Notes: a model not told the origin generated them from the letters alone. DNA of 62,938 nt, filler included, from Octopus bimaculoides (GCF_001194135.2; 4 parts of 4 records of this genome joined end to end with filler, not necessarily neighbours in it), one strand, 5' to 3'; positions 24,370 to 36,588 are shown, counted from the whole stretch's first letter. A program made the numbers and translations.

Positions 24370-25186
24370 TATGTATGCGCGTTACCGACTAGTTTATTGA
24401 GAACAAGCGCCAACCTCTTGGCTAGCACCTTAACCAAAAGTTTTATAATCCGAATTAAGAGCCTAATAATATCTCTTTGGTGTCCCTTGTCCGTATCCTT
24501 TCTCAGCAGCAAAACCACGCCGCGGCTCACAGCACCGGCGCAGGGGATTCTCCTGTTCTGTTGTCAGTTGCGGTAGATATCAGCTAAAAGATTACCGAAC
24601 AAGTTTGACATATGAAAATAAAGCTCGAAAGGCAGACCATCCAACCCCGGAGACTTCTCCCTTGTACAACTAGTCATCGCACTCCTTGTGTATTCGGCTG
24701 TTATCGGAATTTCGAGGACTCTTCTGCATCTCTGGTTGAAAGGTTAGTAGCCCATCGAAGTAGGGGGTAAAATCCACCTCCGTCTCCGACCCACCACACT
24801 TTCCGTACAACAAATTGATTCTGAAATGCCGCACACATCTGCATGGATTCGAATAGCATGAGCCAGTCCCATGATTGTGGGACCGGATTGTGACTTTGTT
24901 GTCATTCGAACCCGTCGAACGGCTTTAATCCCCTTGCGTCTTAGAACATGCACCCTATCTCTTACAACGCAACCTTCATGCTTGGCTTTGATAAAGAGCC
25001 AATCTCCCCGCCGGCATGTCGGTTGCTATACCTCTTCTAAGTGCTTCTTCTACTTTCGTAACTAGGTCTCCCTCTGTCCTTGATTCTCGTAACGCTATTT
25101 CTTTATTAAACCCTAACAATTCTACTCTAATGGTTCTTTTCGGGTCTATTTACCATCGGTTGTTGATTATTGCACCGACAACCAGG
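24370..25186 (-). mobile_element. Tx1/L1-clade LINE fragment (EN-RT linker and first RT motifs)
   Basis: Minus strand: KAKHEGCVVR, EKSPGLDGLPFELY, SRGVVLLLRKD..KG, LLVKVLAKRLALVLNKLVG. Confidence 0.82.
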
Positions 25187-26772
25187 TTCATTCACGGCAG
25201 ATATTTTTGTTTGCAAGCGGACCATAGACCTCTAATAACGATATACAGATCCAAGAAAGGAATCTCGACACATACGGCAAACAGACTGCAGCGATGGGGC
25301 ACCATTCTATTAAACTACGATTACAGAATGGAATATCTGCCTTCAAAAACGTTGGGGCATGCCGATGGTCTAGCTAGACTAATTCCGAGTAATAACGAAC
25401 CACTGGAGGACACCGGAATAGCGGTACTAAGAGCGGAAGGAGGAACAAAGAAAGTAATGTGGAACATCATGTATGAACTACCAGTAACTTTGGAAGAAAT
25501 AAAAAGAAATGCGAGAAATGACAAATTTATTAATGAGACAAAAAGAAAACTGTGGTCGACAAAAAGAAATAAAGAAAAGTCTGATGCAAAGAACCACCAA
25601 GACGTGAACGTGTACTCTATATGTCATGGTGTTCTGATGTATGCTTAGAGGGTGGTCATACCACAGACATTACAGAAGAGAATGCTAAAAGAGTTCCATG
25701 TGGGACACCCAGGCAACTCTAGAATGAAAGCGTTGATACGAATTTTCATATACTGGCCAAGCATGTAGAAGGAAGTTGAAAACCTGGTAAGAGGCTGCGG
25801 AGAATGTGCAATGGTAGCGAAACTACCGACTGCAAAATGTGAACCTTGGCCGGAAGTGAAAATACTGCTGTCCCAATTACATATCAATTTTGCAGGCCCA
25901 GTAAATGGATATTATTACTTAATAGAAGTGGACAGCTACACAAAATGGCCTGGGGTCGCGAGGTGTAAACGACCAAACTCAAATACGGTAATAAACTTCT
26001 TATACGAACTGTTCGCAAAATTTGCTGTACTGGATATAATTGTCTCTGATAACGGAACACAGTTTGTATTCTGTGGGTTTAAAAGATTTTGCGAGATGTT
26101 CTCTTTAGAACATAAAACTAAAGTAACGTATCACTCTAGATCTAATGGAAGGGCCGAATGATTCGTGGACGCTTTTGAGAGAGCTTTAAAGAAATGTAAT
26201 AAGGAAGCAACGAGCGAGGTCGCGATCCAACAATTCTTAAGAGTATACAGGGTAACACCAAACCCAAATGCGCCAGAAGGAAGTTCACCAGCAGGATTAA
26301 TGTTTGTCAGAAAGGTGAAGTCAGTATTGGATAAACTGTTTTGAATGAAGAAAAAATACGTGCTAGTCAAGACATGCCAACATTCTTTAGAATCGGTGAT
26401 AAGGTATATGTAAGGATGTACAAGAATGCTAAGCAATACTAGGAAGAATGAGAAACTGTAACATACACATGAATAATGATGTATGGTGTAAGAAGCAGAA
26501 ATGGAATGGAAAGGAGACATAAAAATCAGCTTAAGGAAAGAGTCATAGAAAAGGAACCAACAAGAGTAGAAATACAGATGGATTGGCAATATGACACTTT
26601 TCAGGTTCTAACACCGTTACAAGAAATCGAAACTACACGAACAAGGAAAAGAAGAACACTGACTTTCTTAAAAGAGATCCTAAGAAGAAATGATATTGAG
26701 TATATATACATATAAAAAAAAAAGAAAGGTGAATAAAAATTGATTATTAATAAAAAAAATTAAAAGGGGAGA
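25187..26772 (+). mobile_element. Ty3/Gypsy pol 3' part (RNase H end, integrase), degenerate, with PPT
   Basis: ADHRPL...NRLQRW...HADGLARL; H...HPG...YWP...C..C zinc-binding region; INFAGP, VDSYTKWP, IVSDNGTQF, SNGRAE; polypurine tract AAAAGGGGAGA at 26762-26772. In-frame stops are present. Confidence 0.92.
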
Positions 26773-27130
26773 TGTTGTATAGTGAAACTGTACACCCTTC
26801 CCGGTAAAAAATGGTAGTAAACAGCCATTATAAATAGACCAGTAGCCGGTCGACAAAGAAGGTCGAAAGGTCGAGAGTACGTGTCTCTGTCTTGATAGTC
26901 GTGTCTCTGTTGATAGTCATGTCTTTCCAGATTTAGTAATTATATTGTGATACTGAGAGGACGTTATAAGGATCCAACCTTTTGAGGATAATAACACAGT
27001 ACGACTGGGGGGTCATACAGTGCCAGATAGAAACATTCTATCGATGACTTTGGAATATAACAATATCTCTCAGAGCGACAGCTGTCGTCAAAAGACAGAT
27101 ACAGCTGTGGTAAAAGAACGCTTTACAACA
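26773..27130 (+). mobile_element. 3' LTR of the Gypsy element (358 bp)
   Basis: Begins directly after the PPT with TGTTGTA and ends with the inverted TACAACA; TATAAATA near 26830. Confidence 0.88.
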
Positions 27131-27452
27131 CCATGTTGGGATTCCTTTAAGTTTATCTTATGAAATTTTCCGAAATTATGTTTTAAATTCCGATAATCGT
27201 GAGGGAGAAGATGAAGAATACGAATGGGAAGACTAAAAAGTAGAAGAAAAACCAAGTGGCTGCTTGCCAATCCGTTCGATCCAATAAGGGTCGAAAGACG
27301 ATTATGATTGTTAATCGACTTTTTTTTTCAATCTATAGAGAAATATGTAAATTTGACCAGTTTGTATGACTGTTACGAATGTTTACTTATAACAAAGAAG
27401 AACAAATTGTTCTCATATGGGATTAGTCCTATCTTTTAGTTCTTAAAAATTA

Positions 27453-27843
27453 TTTTGCTTGTTTCAGTCATTTGACTGCGGCCATGATAGAGCACCGCCT
27501 TTAGTCGAAGAAATTGACCTCAGGACTTATTCTTTGGAAGCCTAGTACTTATTCTATCGGTCGCTTTGGCCGAACCACTAAGTTACGGGGACGTAAACAC
27601 ACCACCATCGGTTGTCAAGCGATGGTGGGGGACAAACACACAAATAAAAAATACACACACACACATACATATAGATATATGACGGGCTTCTTTCAATTTT
27701 CGTCAACCAAATCCACTCACAAGACTTTGGTCAGCCTAAAACTATAGTAGACGACACTCTGCCAAGGTGCCACGCAGTGGGACTGAACCCGGAACCATGT
27801 AGTTGGAGAGAAAACTTCTTACCACACAGCCACTCCTGCGCCT
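27453..27843 (-). mobile_element. SINE family B, full length (tRNA-like head, internal microsatellite)
   Basis: Minus strand starts AGGCGCAGGAGTGGCTGTGTGG...GGTTCAGTCCC, has an internal (TG/TA)n and ends GACTGAAACAAG. Confidence 0.92.
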
Positions 27844-28790
27844 ATTTAGTAACGCTTTTTACATCAGTCTCGTGAAATTCACGGGTAGACAACATCTATC
27901 TATCCATTCCACCTTCCACTTCAAGTGGTACCTGAAAAATTTGAGGAGCATTTTGCCGTGAGAAAAATTGCTATCCGGAAATATTTTGAACACGTCAACC
28001 ATACACGTCATGACAAGTAAATTGTTAAAATTATGGATTGCTTCATAATTTTCTGAGTGTGTCAATGTATAGAAAAAGATAGAATGTTCTTCATAGCGAG
28101 TGACTGTTGGAAGTTATTTTTACACTTGACAATGTACCAAGATTCTCACTATTTCACCATAGTCAGATATTTGATCCTACTGAATTCATTATCAGCTTTT
28201 ACATTTAGCACCTTTAATTGAGCCGCTTATTGCTTCATACGCTTCAAATTCGTGTCAGGTATATGTGATTAATTCATTAGGATAGCTCAACGCCACGTAT
28301 TCATTTACTAACACCATATAGTAGTGGTAGAATGAGAAGATCAAGATTGTTTTTCGTTATGATATTTGATCCAATCTCCAGATCGGAAGGTAAGTTTCAC
28401 TTATTAGCATAATAGCAAATATTCAAATAAGTATGTTTGCGCTACACAAAATCTACGTCGAAATGTGTCAATGGATATCGATTGTCATTTTCTGTTTCGT
28501 ATCACTGATAAAGTTTCACAGGTTTTCTAATTATATTTCAATTTCAAATTTGCACTTATTAACACAGAAATTGTTGCAAAAGTAATTTTCCTCTTAGCGT
28601 ATCATCATATTTCTGACGCATGGTAGGCAGATGGCTACAAATTAATGTAGTGTTATAAATACCTGAGTATTTTACATGTAATTTTTATCGACATTAGCAA
28701 AATCGATTGTTGTGTGTCGAAATTTAATTTCGTAAAACATTTTGTGCCCTCTTCTCTATCTTATTCAAAATGCTTCTTTATTTGTTACAG

Positions 28791-28814
28791 CAATGAAGTA
28801 GCAGAAATTACAAT
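28791..28814 (+). CDS. Candidate 24-nt symmetric microexon (NEVAEIT)
   Basis: Acceptor tgcttctttatttgttacag| and donor |gtatgt; only one of three frames is open; length is a multiple of 3. Confidence 0.3.
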
Positions 28815-29293
28815 GTATGTTAAGTCACATTTTTATTTTTTAAGTTTTAACTCGCCTAGTTTCTGTTTACTTATAAATCTTCAGGGGCCATAAAACTTGC
28901 TGAGCCCTTAATCTCACAATTTGCTGAATTTTTTTCTGTTATTTTCTTTAAAGAATTGCGTTTTTAGTTTTGTATCGCGTTTTGTAAGTCAAAAATATAC
29001 TAAAGCGAGATTTTTGCTTTTGTATTATTCTTTTGAAAATTGCTTTGGAAATATGGATTTTTCCTGTTAAATATTCGAAGAAAATTGTTGTAAGTCATAG
29101 AGACAATGATTGCTCATTGTTCATATATATATCATTAATTAAATATATTATGTGAGAATATTATATACTAAATTTAGAATGAGTGCTCTTTGTATAAAGT
29201 GTCAAAAATCTTAATATTATCAAGTATTTAGACATTTAATATAAGCGATTATATATACTGTATTTTGAAATAATAGCATGAAATGTAATGTCA

Positions 29294-29351
29294 AAAAGAT
29301 TCCTCACGAAGATATATGTGTTTAAACACATATCTTCGCGAAGAATCTTTT
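29294..29351. repeat. About 58-bp imperfect palindrome
   Basis: Centred on TGTGTTTAAACACA; arms differ by 2 substitutions and one 2-nt indel. Confidence 0.85.
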
Positions 29352-29382
29352 ATGGTAACGTTAAGATATATATATATATATA

Positions 29383-29557
29383 TTTCTTTATTGCCCACAG
29401 CGACCCCAGTGCATAACTGGTACTTATTTAATCGACCCCGAAAGGATGAAAGGCAAAGTCTACCTCGGCGGAAATTGAACTCAGAACGTAACGGCAGACG
29501 AAATACCGCAAAGCATTTCGCCCGGTATGCAAAAGTTTCTGCCAGTTCACCGCCCTA
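29383..29557 (-). mobile_element. SINE family C with internal 3' deletion
   Basis: Minus strand GGGCGGTGAACTGGCAGAA...TTCTGAGTTCAATTTCCGCCGAGG...GTCGATTAAATAAGTACCAG; about 60 bp missing relative to 61525-61730. Confidence 0.88.
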
Positions 29558-29818
29558 AGATATATATAAATAACCGTATTTATGTATATTTATACACTTT
29601 GAACAATTTCTCCATTATATGTATATATTGTTCTTTTAACCAAACTTTTGGCGCTTTCACATATGTTACATGCACAGTGAAGGATTTTATCTAACACATA
29701 AACGAAATATTTCCAAATGTAAAAAGAAACATTAATCGCCTTTCATAATTATACATGAACCGATGTGTAAGACTTTGAACTTCTGTGTGTATATAAATAT
29801 ATATATATATATATATTT

Positions 29819-30079
29819 CATCTTTTACTTTTGCAAGACATTAGATTGCGACCATTTTGAGGCACCAAATTGAAGAATTTTAGTCGAATGCATCGACCCC
29901 ACAACTTATTCTTTGTAAACCTAGTACTTATTATCTTTCTATCTCTTTTGCCGAACCGCTAAGTTACGGGGACGTAAATACACCAACATCAGTTGTCAAG
30001 CAATGGTAGGGGTGGACAGCAAATACAGGCACAAAGACACACAAACATGTATATCTATCTATCTGTCTCTCTCTTTCTT

Positions 30080-30157
<78 letters not shown>

Positions 30158-30297
30158 ACAGGAATTCTGTCTACCAAATCCACTCACAATGCTTTGGTCG
30201 GCCCGAGGCTATAGTAGAAGATACTTGATCAAGGAGCCACGCAGTGGGACTGAATCCTGAACCATGTGGTTGGGAAGCAAGCTTTTACACGCCTGCA

Positions 30298-30300
<3 letters not shown>
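29819..30300 (-). mobile_element. SINE family B, full length with expanded internal (GA)n(TA)n
   Basis: Colinear with 27453-27843. Confidence 0.9.
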
Positions 30301-30332
<32 letters not shown>

Positions 30333-30342
30333 NNNNNNNNNN

Positions 30343-30375
<33 letters not shown>

Positions 30376-30431
30376 GACAGAGAGGGAGAGAGATATAGAT
30401 AGATAGATAGATAGATAGATATACGTGAACT

Positions 30432-30597
30432 ACTGTGAGTTTCCATCTACCATTCATTCACAAATATTTGTGAGTGGATTCGTGCAACCTGAATCTATAG
30501 TAGAAGACACTTACCCAAAGGAAGTCGCAGTGGGACTGATCCAAGAACAATGTAGTTTGGAAGCAGGCTTCTTACAACACAGCCATGCCTGAGCCTG
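30432..30597 (-). mobile_element. SINE family B, diverged 5' portion
   Basis: TATAGTAGAAGACACTTACCCAAAGG...CAGTGGGACTGA...ACACAGCCATGCCTG. Confidence 0.75.
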
Positions 30598-30634
30598 TAT
30601 ATTCATATGAAAATATATAAAATCATGTATGTCG

Positions 30635-30671
<37 letters not shown>

Positions 30672-30676
<5 letters not shown>

Positions 30677-30993
30677 CTGGCACTCTGTCGCTTACGACGT
30701 CGAGGGTTCCAGTTGATCCGATCAACAGGACAGCCTGCTCGTGAAATTAACGTGCAAGTGGCTGAGCACTCCACAGACACGTGTACCCTTAACGTAGTTC
30801 TCAGGGATATTCAGCGTGACACAGTGTGACAAGGCTGAGCCTTTGAATTTCAGGCACAACAGAAACAGGAAGTAAGAGTGAGAGAAAGTTGTGGTGAAAG
30901 AGTACAGCAGGGTTCGCCACCATCTCCTGCCGGAGCCTCGTGGACCTTAAAGGTGTTTTAGCTCAATAAACACTCACAACGCCCGGTCTGGGA
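30672..30993 (-). mobile_element. SINE family A, lacking the A-box end
   Basis: Reverse complement of the body of 14965-15339. Confidence 0.9.
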
Positions 30994-31384
30994 CATATAT
31001 ATACATATATATATATATATTATATATATAAACAAGCACACGCACATATATGTATATGCATATATGTCTGTGTGTGCGTGTGTGTGCGTGTGTGTCTGTG
31101 TGTGCGTGTGTGCAAGTGTGTGTGTGCGCGCACGTAAAAGAATTCACCCGTAAAAGAATTCACCCGTGTACAGCAGTTTACCTGAAATTTTGTCTTTCGG
31201 TTCTAGTCCTGCTATGTTAAATTCAAGACTTTCTGTCACATTCTGCTCTCTATGATTATCAAGACAACCTCATTCACAGTTCTTCATTTGCTTGAGTAGT
31301 AATATATACATACAAACATATATACATTCATGCATAATAATTATCTATAAACGCACACATTTACAAACAGACACATATATCGGG

Positions 31385-31427
<43 letters not shown>

Positions 31428-31501
31428 TGTGTGTATATACGTAACATATGCTATAATTATAAACGGGGCAAATTTTAGCCATTTGTTCGCAAACTGAAAA
31501 G

Positions 31502-31565
31502 ATGATGAACGCCCTTAATTGATTTACGAACCTTATTGGGTTCTCATCAGAAGCGCACACATCAT
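31502..31565 (-). ncRNA. Degenerate type I hammerhead ribozyme motif
   Basis: Minus strand: ATGATG-tgt-GCGCTT CTGATGA GAACC-caataa-GGTTC G(T)AAA TCAAT T AAGGGC-gtt-CATCAT. One extra T in the GAAA core. Confidence 0.65.
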
Positions 31566-31730
31566 TCTGACTATCTCCAGTGAAACAAGCAGCCAAACTG
31601 TTCATAGACTCAACTAATGCAGCAGTTACTCTATGAAGGAATCCGTAATTGGAATACCGAAATTGTTTAACACTCTATAAATACCAGCGGCCTGTCAACG
31701 GGGATCTTACTCCATACAGTATCAAGATAT

Positions 31731-31768
<38 letters not shown>

Positions 31769-32664
31769 ATTTTGGGATGGTTATTTTATCTTTATTAATT
31801 TTGTTCTCGAGGATGGAATAAGTGGAGCAAGAACACACACGGAAACAAAAAGTGTCACTGAAGAGGTAACAGATGTGTAACAAAAAATTCTGGGTAATGG
31901 ACAGGCNNNNNNNNNNNNNNNNNNNNNNNNNNNNNNNNNNNNNNNNNNNNNNNNNNNNNNNNNNNNNNNNNNNNNNNNNNNNNNNNNNNNNNNNNNNNNN
32001 NNNNNNNNNNNNNNNNNNNNNNNNNNNNNNNNNNNNNNNNNNNNNNNNNNNNNNNNNNNNNNNNNNNNNNNNNNNNNNNNNNNNNNNNNNNNNNNNNNNN
32101 NNNNNNNNNNNNNNNNNNNNNNNNNNNNNNNNNNNNNNNNNNNNNNNNNNNNNNNNNNNNNNNNNNNNNNNNNNNNNNNNNNNNNNNNNNNNNNNNNNNN
32201 NNNNNNNNNNNNNNNNNNNNNNNNNNNNNNNNNNNNNNNNNNNNNNNNNNNNNNNNNNNNNNNNNNNNNNNNNNNNNNNNNNNNNNNNNNNNNNNNNNNN
32301 NNNNNNNNNNNNNNNNNNNNNNNNNNNNNNNNNNNNNNNNNNNNNNNNNNNNNNNNNNNNNNNNNNNNNNNNNNNNNNNNNNNNNNNNNNNNNNNNNNNN
32401 NNNNNNNNNNNNNNNNNNNNNNNNNNNNNNNNNNNNNNNNNNNNNNNNNNNNNNNNNNNNNNNNNNNNNNNNNNNNNNNNNNNNNNNNNNNNNNNNNNNN
32501 NNNNNNNNNNNNNNNNNNNNNNNNNNNNNNNNNNNNNNNNNNNNNNNNNNNNNNNNNNNNNNNNNNNNNNNNNNNNNNNNNNNNNNNNNNNNNNNNNNNN
32601 NNNNNNNNNNNNNNNNNNNNNNNNNNNNNNNNNNNNNNNNNNNNNNNNNNNNNNNNNNNNNNNN

Positions 32665-33252
32665 TTTACATTGATAGAAAGGGAATATAATGAATTTAGG
32701 GTTTTTGTTTCTGGCGCAAGAGTCTATGTGGCCACTGAGTGGAATTTGGCGGTATTGAGGGAGATTTATTTGTTCCTTATGGACAGCTACTCTTCTACGC
32801 AACGGGAGGCTCATCTGTCTGATATAGAAGTTTTGGCAACCTGCGCAAGTGAGGACATAAATGAGGTTACCAGAGGAACAAGTGAAATTGGTTTTGATTT
32901 TAAACTTTGTTCCTCGTTTGAAAGTAAATTCAGAGCCTTCAAGTTGGTAGGGGCAGGTACCACAATTAGGGCGTGCCCATTTTTTAACTGATGGGGGTGG
33001 AGGTGGTGTATGTAGTTTGGCATTGGTTAATAGTGTTTTCAAAGATTTGTGTTGCCTTTTGCATTTAAGGACTTTGTGTGTATTGATGATATTGTTCATT
33101 TTCGGGTCTGTGGTGAGTAAGGGGAGGTTTTGTTTGATTGTGGTGTATGCTTCGATGTTTTTGGGGTTGTGGGTGGAGATGTATGGAAGTATTTTGGGGT
33201 TGGGTGTGTTATTGTGTTGGTTGGTTTTTAGTGTGTTTTTGTCAAGTTCCTT
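32665..33252 (-). mobile_element. Penelope-like element fragment (RT-EN linker and GIY-YIG endonuclease)
   Basis: LPYISTHNP, KRQHKSLKTLLT, NCGTCPY, FTCSSGNLIYVLTCAGCQNFYIRQM...RRRVAVH...LSGHI. The YIG motif reads YIR. Flanked by gaps. Confidence 0.88.
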
Positions 33253-33296
33253 NNNNNNNNNNNNNNNNNNNNNNNNNNNNNNNNNNNNNNNNNNNN

Positions 33297-33308
33297 TTAA
33301 TTAATTAA
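33297..33308. other. Assembly spacer TTAATTAATTAA
   Basis: 44 N on each side. Confidence 0.95.
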
Positions 33309-33352
33309 NNNNNNNNNNNNNNNNNNNNNNNNNNNNNNNNNNNNNNNNNNNN

Positions 33353-33388
<36 letters not shown>

Positions 33389-34130
33389 TGTATGTATGTA
33401 TGTATGTATGTATGTATGTATGTATGTATGTATGTGTATATGTATTGTAGAATAAAGAGAGCAGCAAATGTGCACACTAGATATGTTAGCGGGTAATAAA
33501 TACATGGGTACTTGAATGTAAAGAGCCGCAGCGAATAACAAAAGCAATTTAGTTACGGCTCCAAGGCCTATATTTTGTGCTCTCTTGTACACAGAAATGA
33601 ACACAGTAACATTTATAATACGTTAACGTTTTTGCTCTCTTTGTAATTATCTTATCTATCGTTATTTATTGAACTGTTCCAAGTCCAGGTGTTGTTGGTG
33701 TTCTTCATTTTGCTCTTCTTCTCATCGTTGCTGTATTACTTTTGGGGAATCTATTTTTATTGCGATAGATTTTCTCTTCCTTTTCATCATTTATTAAAAT
33801 TATTTGTTTTAGATAATGCTTTTTTTATTATCAATATTTTTTTTCCCTTTACATAATCACAATATTAAACGAATATTATATATAATAAACAGCATTAAGT
33901 TCAACAAATTACTCTAACACAGATATATCATCCAACCCTAATTCTCACAAACAGCTGCACAGATATTCCAAACTGCATCAAGCAGATACAAAACGAAGTA
34001 TCTAATATATAGCTGTAGCGTTAATGAAATTTAACGTAACGTATTTTACATATAATGGCAAAAGAAATACAACCAATCGATTTATTAGATTACATGTGTA
34101 CTTCAATAGTAGGGTAATAAAAGCACTGAG

Positions 34131-34177
<47 letters not shown>

Positions 34178-34278
34178 NNNNNNNNNNNNNNNNNNNNNNN
34201 NNNNNNNNNNNNNNNNNNNNNNNNNNNNNNNNNNNNNNNNNNNNNNNNNNNNNNNNNNNNNNNNNNNNNNNNNNNNNN

Positions 34279-34320
<42 letters not shown>

Positions 34321-34397
34321 TACATAGATAGATATGGATTTATATATATATACGTATATAAGTGAATAAATCTATATATAAATATATATACTTTTAT

Positions 34398-34590
34398 TCT
34401 TTTATCCTTTTATTTGTTTCAGTATTTGATTGCGGGCATGCTGGAGCAACGCTTTTAGTCGAACAAATTGACCCAAGACTTATTCATTGTAAGCCTACTA
34501 CTTATTCTGTCGGTCAAATTGGTCAAACCGCTAAGTTGCTCGAACGTAAACACACCAACATCGGTTGTGACGCGATGCTGGGGGTACAGA
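34398..34590 (-). mobile_element. SINE family B, 3' half
   Basis: TTTGTTTCAGTATTTGATTGCGGGCATGCTGGAGCA...CGTAAACACACCAACATCGGTTGT. Confidence 0.82.
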
Positions 34591-34664
34591 CACAGACTCA
34601 CAGGCATATATATATAAATATATACATACATACATCCACATACATACATATACATATATATATA

Positions 34665-34697
<33 letters not shown>

Positions 34698-35450
34698 NNN
34701 NNNNNNNNNNNNNNNNNNNNNNNNNNNNNNNNATATATGTTTCTATGTATATATATTTCAAATTAAAAACTTACTGTGGACAACGCTGAACAGCGTTCGA
34801 TGATAAATAAATATAATATACATCATGTACAGGACAAAATATCAAAAGAAGTCTAACCACTTCTCAGTTGTCGTCTGCTTATTACTCCATATTTCGCGAT
34901 TTCCACGACAAGATAGTAAAATTTCTCGAAACTGCGGCATCCAGAAATTTTTAAAATATAAGATTTGTAGAGAGCTCCAGAGATTAGAACGAACAAATAA
35001 CGTCAGAGTGGACATACAGAGTAAACAATGATGTATACAATGCATACATACATACATACAAACATACATACATACATACATACATACACACATGTGAAAA
35101 TATCCATATGTATAAAAAAATCTAACAAATTGTCTCGAGTCAAATTAGAAAGTTCATATATGGAAACATGAGGGAAAAATTGTTACAGGAATATCGATCA
35201 CAAGAGGTCGATAAAGAATCAATTGTGGAAGGGTCATAAGAGTTATGGTATTTGCTACTATTCTGAGGGAACCATTATACGATAAGTAGTAATTATTTGT
35301 ATTACTTAAAGATGCGTACTATAGTCTCATTCTGACTCAAAGCTATATAAATGGAATTAGAAATATGTATACTACATTAATACTGTCTCCATGTAAAGAG
35401 TACAAATAAGAAATCTCAAAACCGATGTTACTAAAGTTTTAATGCTAATA

Positions 35451-35852
35451 CAGTAGTCCGTCGATTAGCGCGTGTGTTACGTTCCAAAACCCAACCATGA
35501 TAGGTGAAAATACGCGAAGTAGAAACAGTACTGTTGTCCTTTACTTGTTTCAGTCATTTGATTGCGGCCAAATCGAGCCCAGGACTTATTGTTTGTAAGC
35601 CTAGTACTTATATCCTATCGCCCCCTATTGTCGAACTGCTAAGTTACGGGGACGTAAACACACCTTGTGGCTTACCATGCGGTTGGTAGCAAGCTATTTA
35701 CCACACAGCCACTCCTATTTTTTTTTAATAATTGCTTTTATAATTTGTATATATTTATTTTATTTTACTGCAAAAGAACACCAGAGAGGAATCGACGTTA
35801 GCTTATATAATAAGCTGCGATAGCTGAACCGTGATACAGCGAGGGATTATTG
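35451..35852. mobile_element. Tigger/pogo-like MITE interrupted by a SINE
   Basis: TA-CAGTAGTCCGTCG...GCGAGGGATTATTG-TA; both halves match the reverse complement of 51773-51997. Confidence 0.8.
35538..35716 (-). mobile_element. SINE family B, internally deleted, nested in the MITE
   Basis: The family B 3' segment is joined directly to the head (ACGTAAACACACC to ACCATGCGGTTGGTAGCAAG). Confidence 0.82.
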
Positions 35853-35864
35853 TATATTATCAAA

Positions 35865-36082
35865 AGCGGGGAGCTGGCAGAATCGTTATCGGGCCGGGGA
35901 AAAAATGCTTAGCGTCATCTCGTCTGTCTTTATGTTCTGAGTTCAAATTCCTCCGTCGTCAACTTTGCTTTTCGTCCTTTCGCGGTCTATAAAAGTACCA
36001 CCAGTTGAACACAGGGGCCAGTGTAATCGATTTATCCCCTTCATCAAAGTTGCTTGCCTTGTGCCAAAATTTGAAACAATTA
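35865..36082 (+). mobile_element. SINE family C, tail variant GCCTTGTGCCAAAATTTGAAAC
   Basis: GCGGGGAGCTGGCAGAATCGTTA...TTCTGAGTTCAAATTCC head and core. Confidence 0.82.
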
Positions 36083-36099
36083 TAAATATATCAATAAAA

Positions 36100-36300
36100 G
36101 TGAAAATCTGTCAGAATCATTAACATGCCAAGAAAAATGCTAAGTTATATTTCGTCGGTGTTGACATTCTGTGTTCGAATTCCGCTGAGGTCGACTAACC
36201 TTTAGCCCTTTCTTGGTCGATATAATAAGTACGAGCTGAGTCGCTCGATCACTGTAAATGACTTAACTTCTCCCTCGAAATTGCTGGATTGAACTTAAAT
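36100..36300 (+). mobile_element. SINE family C, older diverged copy
   Basis: CAGAATCATTAACATGCC...TGTTCGAATTCCGCTGAGGTCGAC...GGTCGATATAATAAGTAC. Confidence 0.7.
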
Positions 36301-36588
36301 TTCAAATGTTTGTTGATAGAAGTAAGCAATTACATAGAGTCCAGTACTCGAGAGAAGCTTGCTTGCATACATTGAAATCGATACTACATCCTTTATGAAT
36401 ATCTATATATTTGCATAGAGGCATTGACATATTTAAACAGAAATATACTTCGCCGCATGAATCTACCAAACAAAAAGAAAAAAAATTGATTAACTATGAT
36501 ATCCTTCTTCCTCCCTAACAACGAAAAAATAAAATTCGAGCTTCCAACAAAGAAATTATACAACCTGAACTAATGGACGATAATTACC

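Noticed and set aside
25016-25648. 210-aa ORF as a host gene
   Set aside because: It is a chimera of antisense Tx1 sequence and degenerate Gypsy pol.
28196-28258. 63-nt open segment between AG and GT (LLHLAPLIEPLIASYASNSCQ)
   Set aside because: The acceptor is weak and its phase is incompatible with the neighbouring microexon candidate; it cannot be distinguished from chance.
31134-31167. 16-bp direct tandem repeat GTAAAAGAATTCACCC
   Set aside because: Two units only and no spacer; simple slippage, not a CRISPR array or a TSD pair.
31850-31895. CTGAAGAG-GTAAC...GTAAC-AAAAA as a fourth hammerhead near the Penelope fragment
   Set aside because: It needs at least two repairs (stem II and GAAA) and stem I is only about 3 bp; too degenerate to call.
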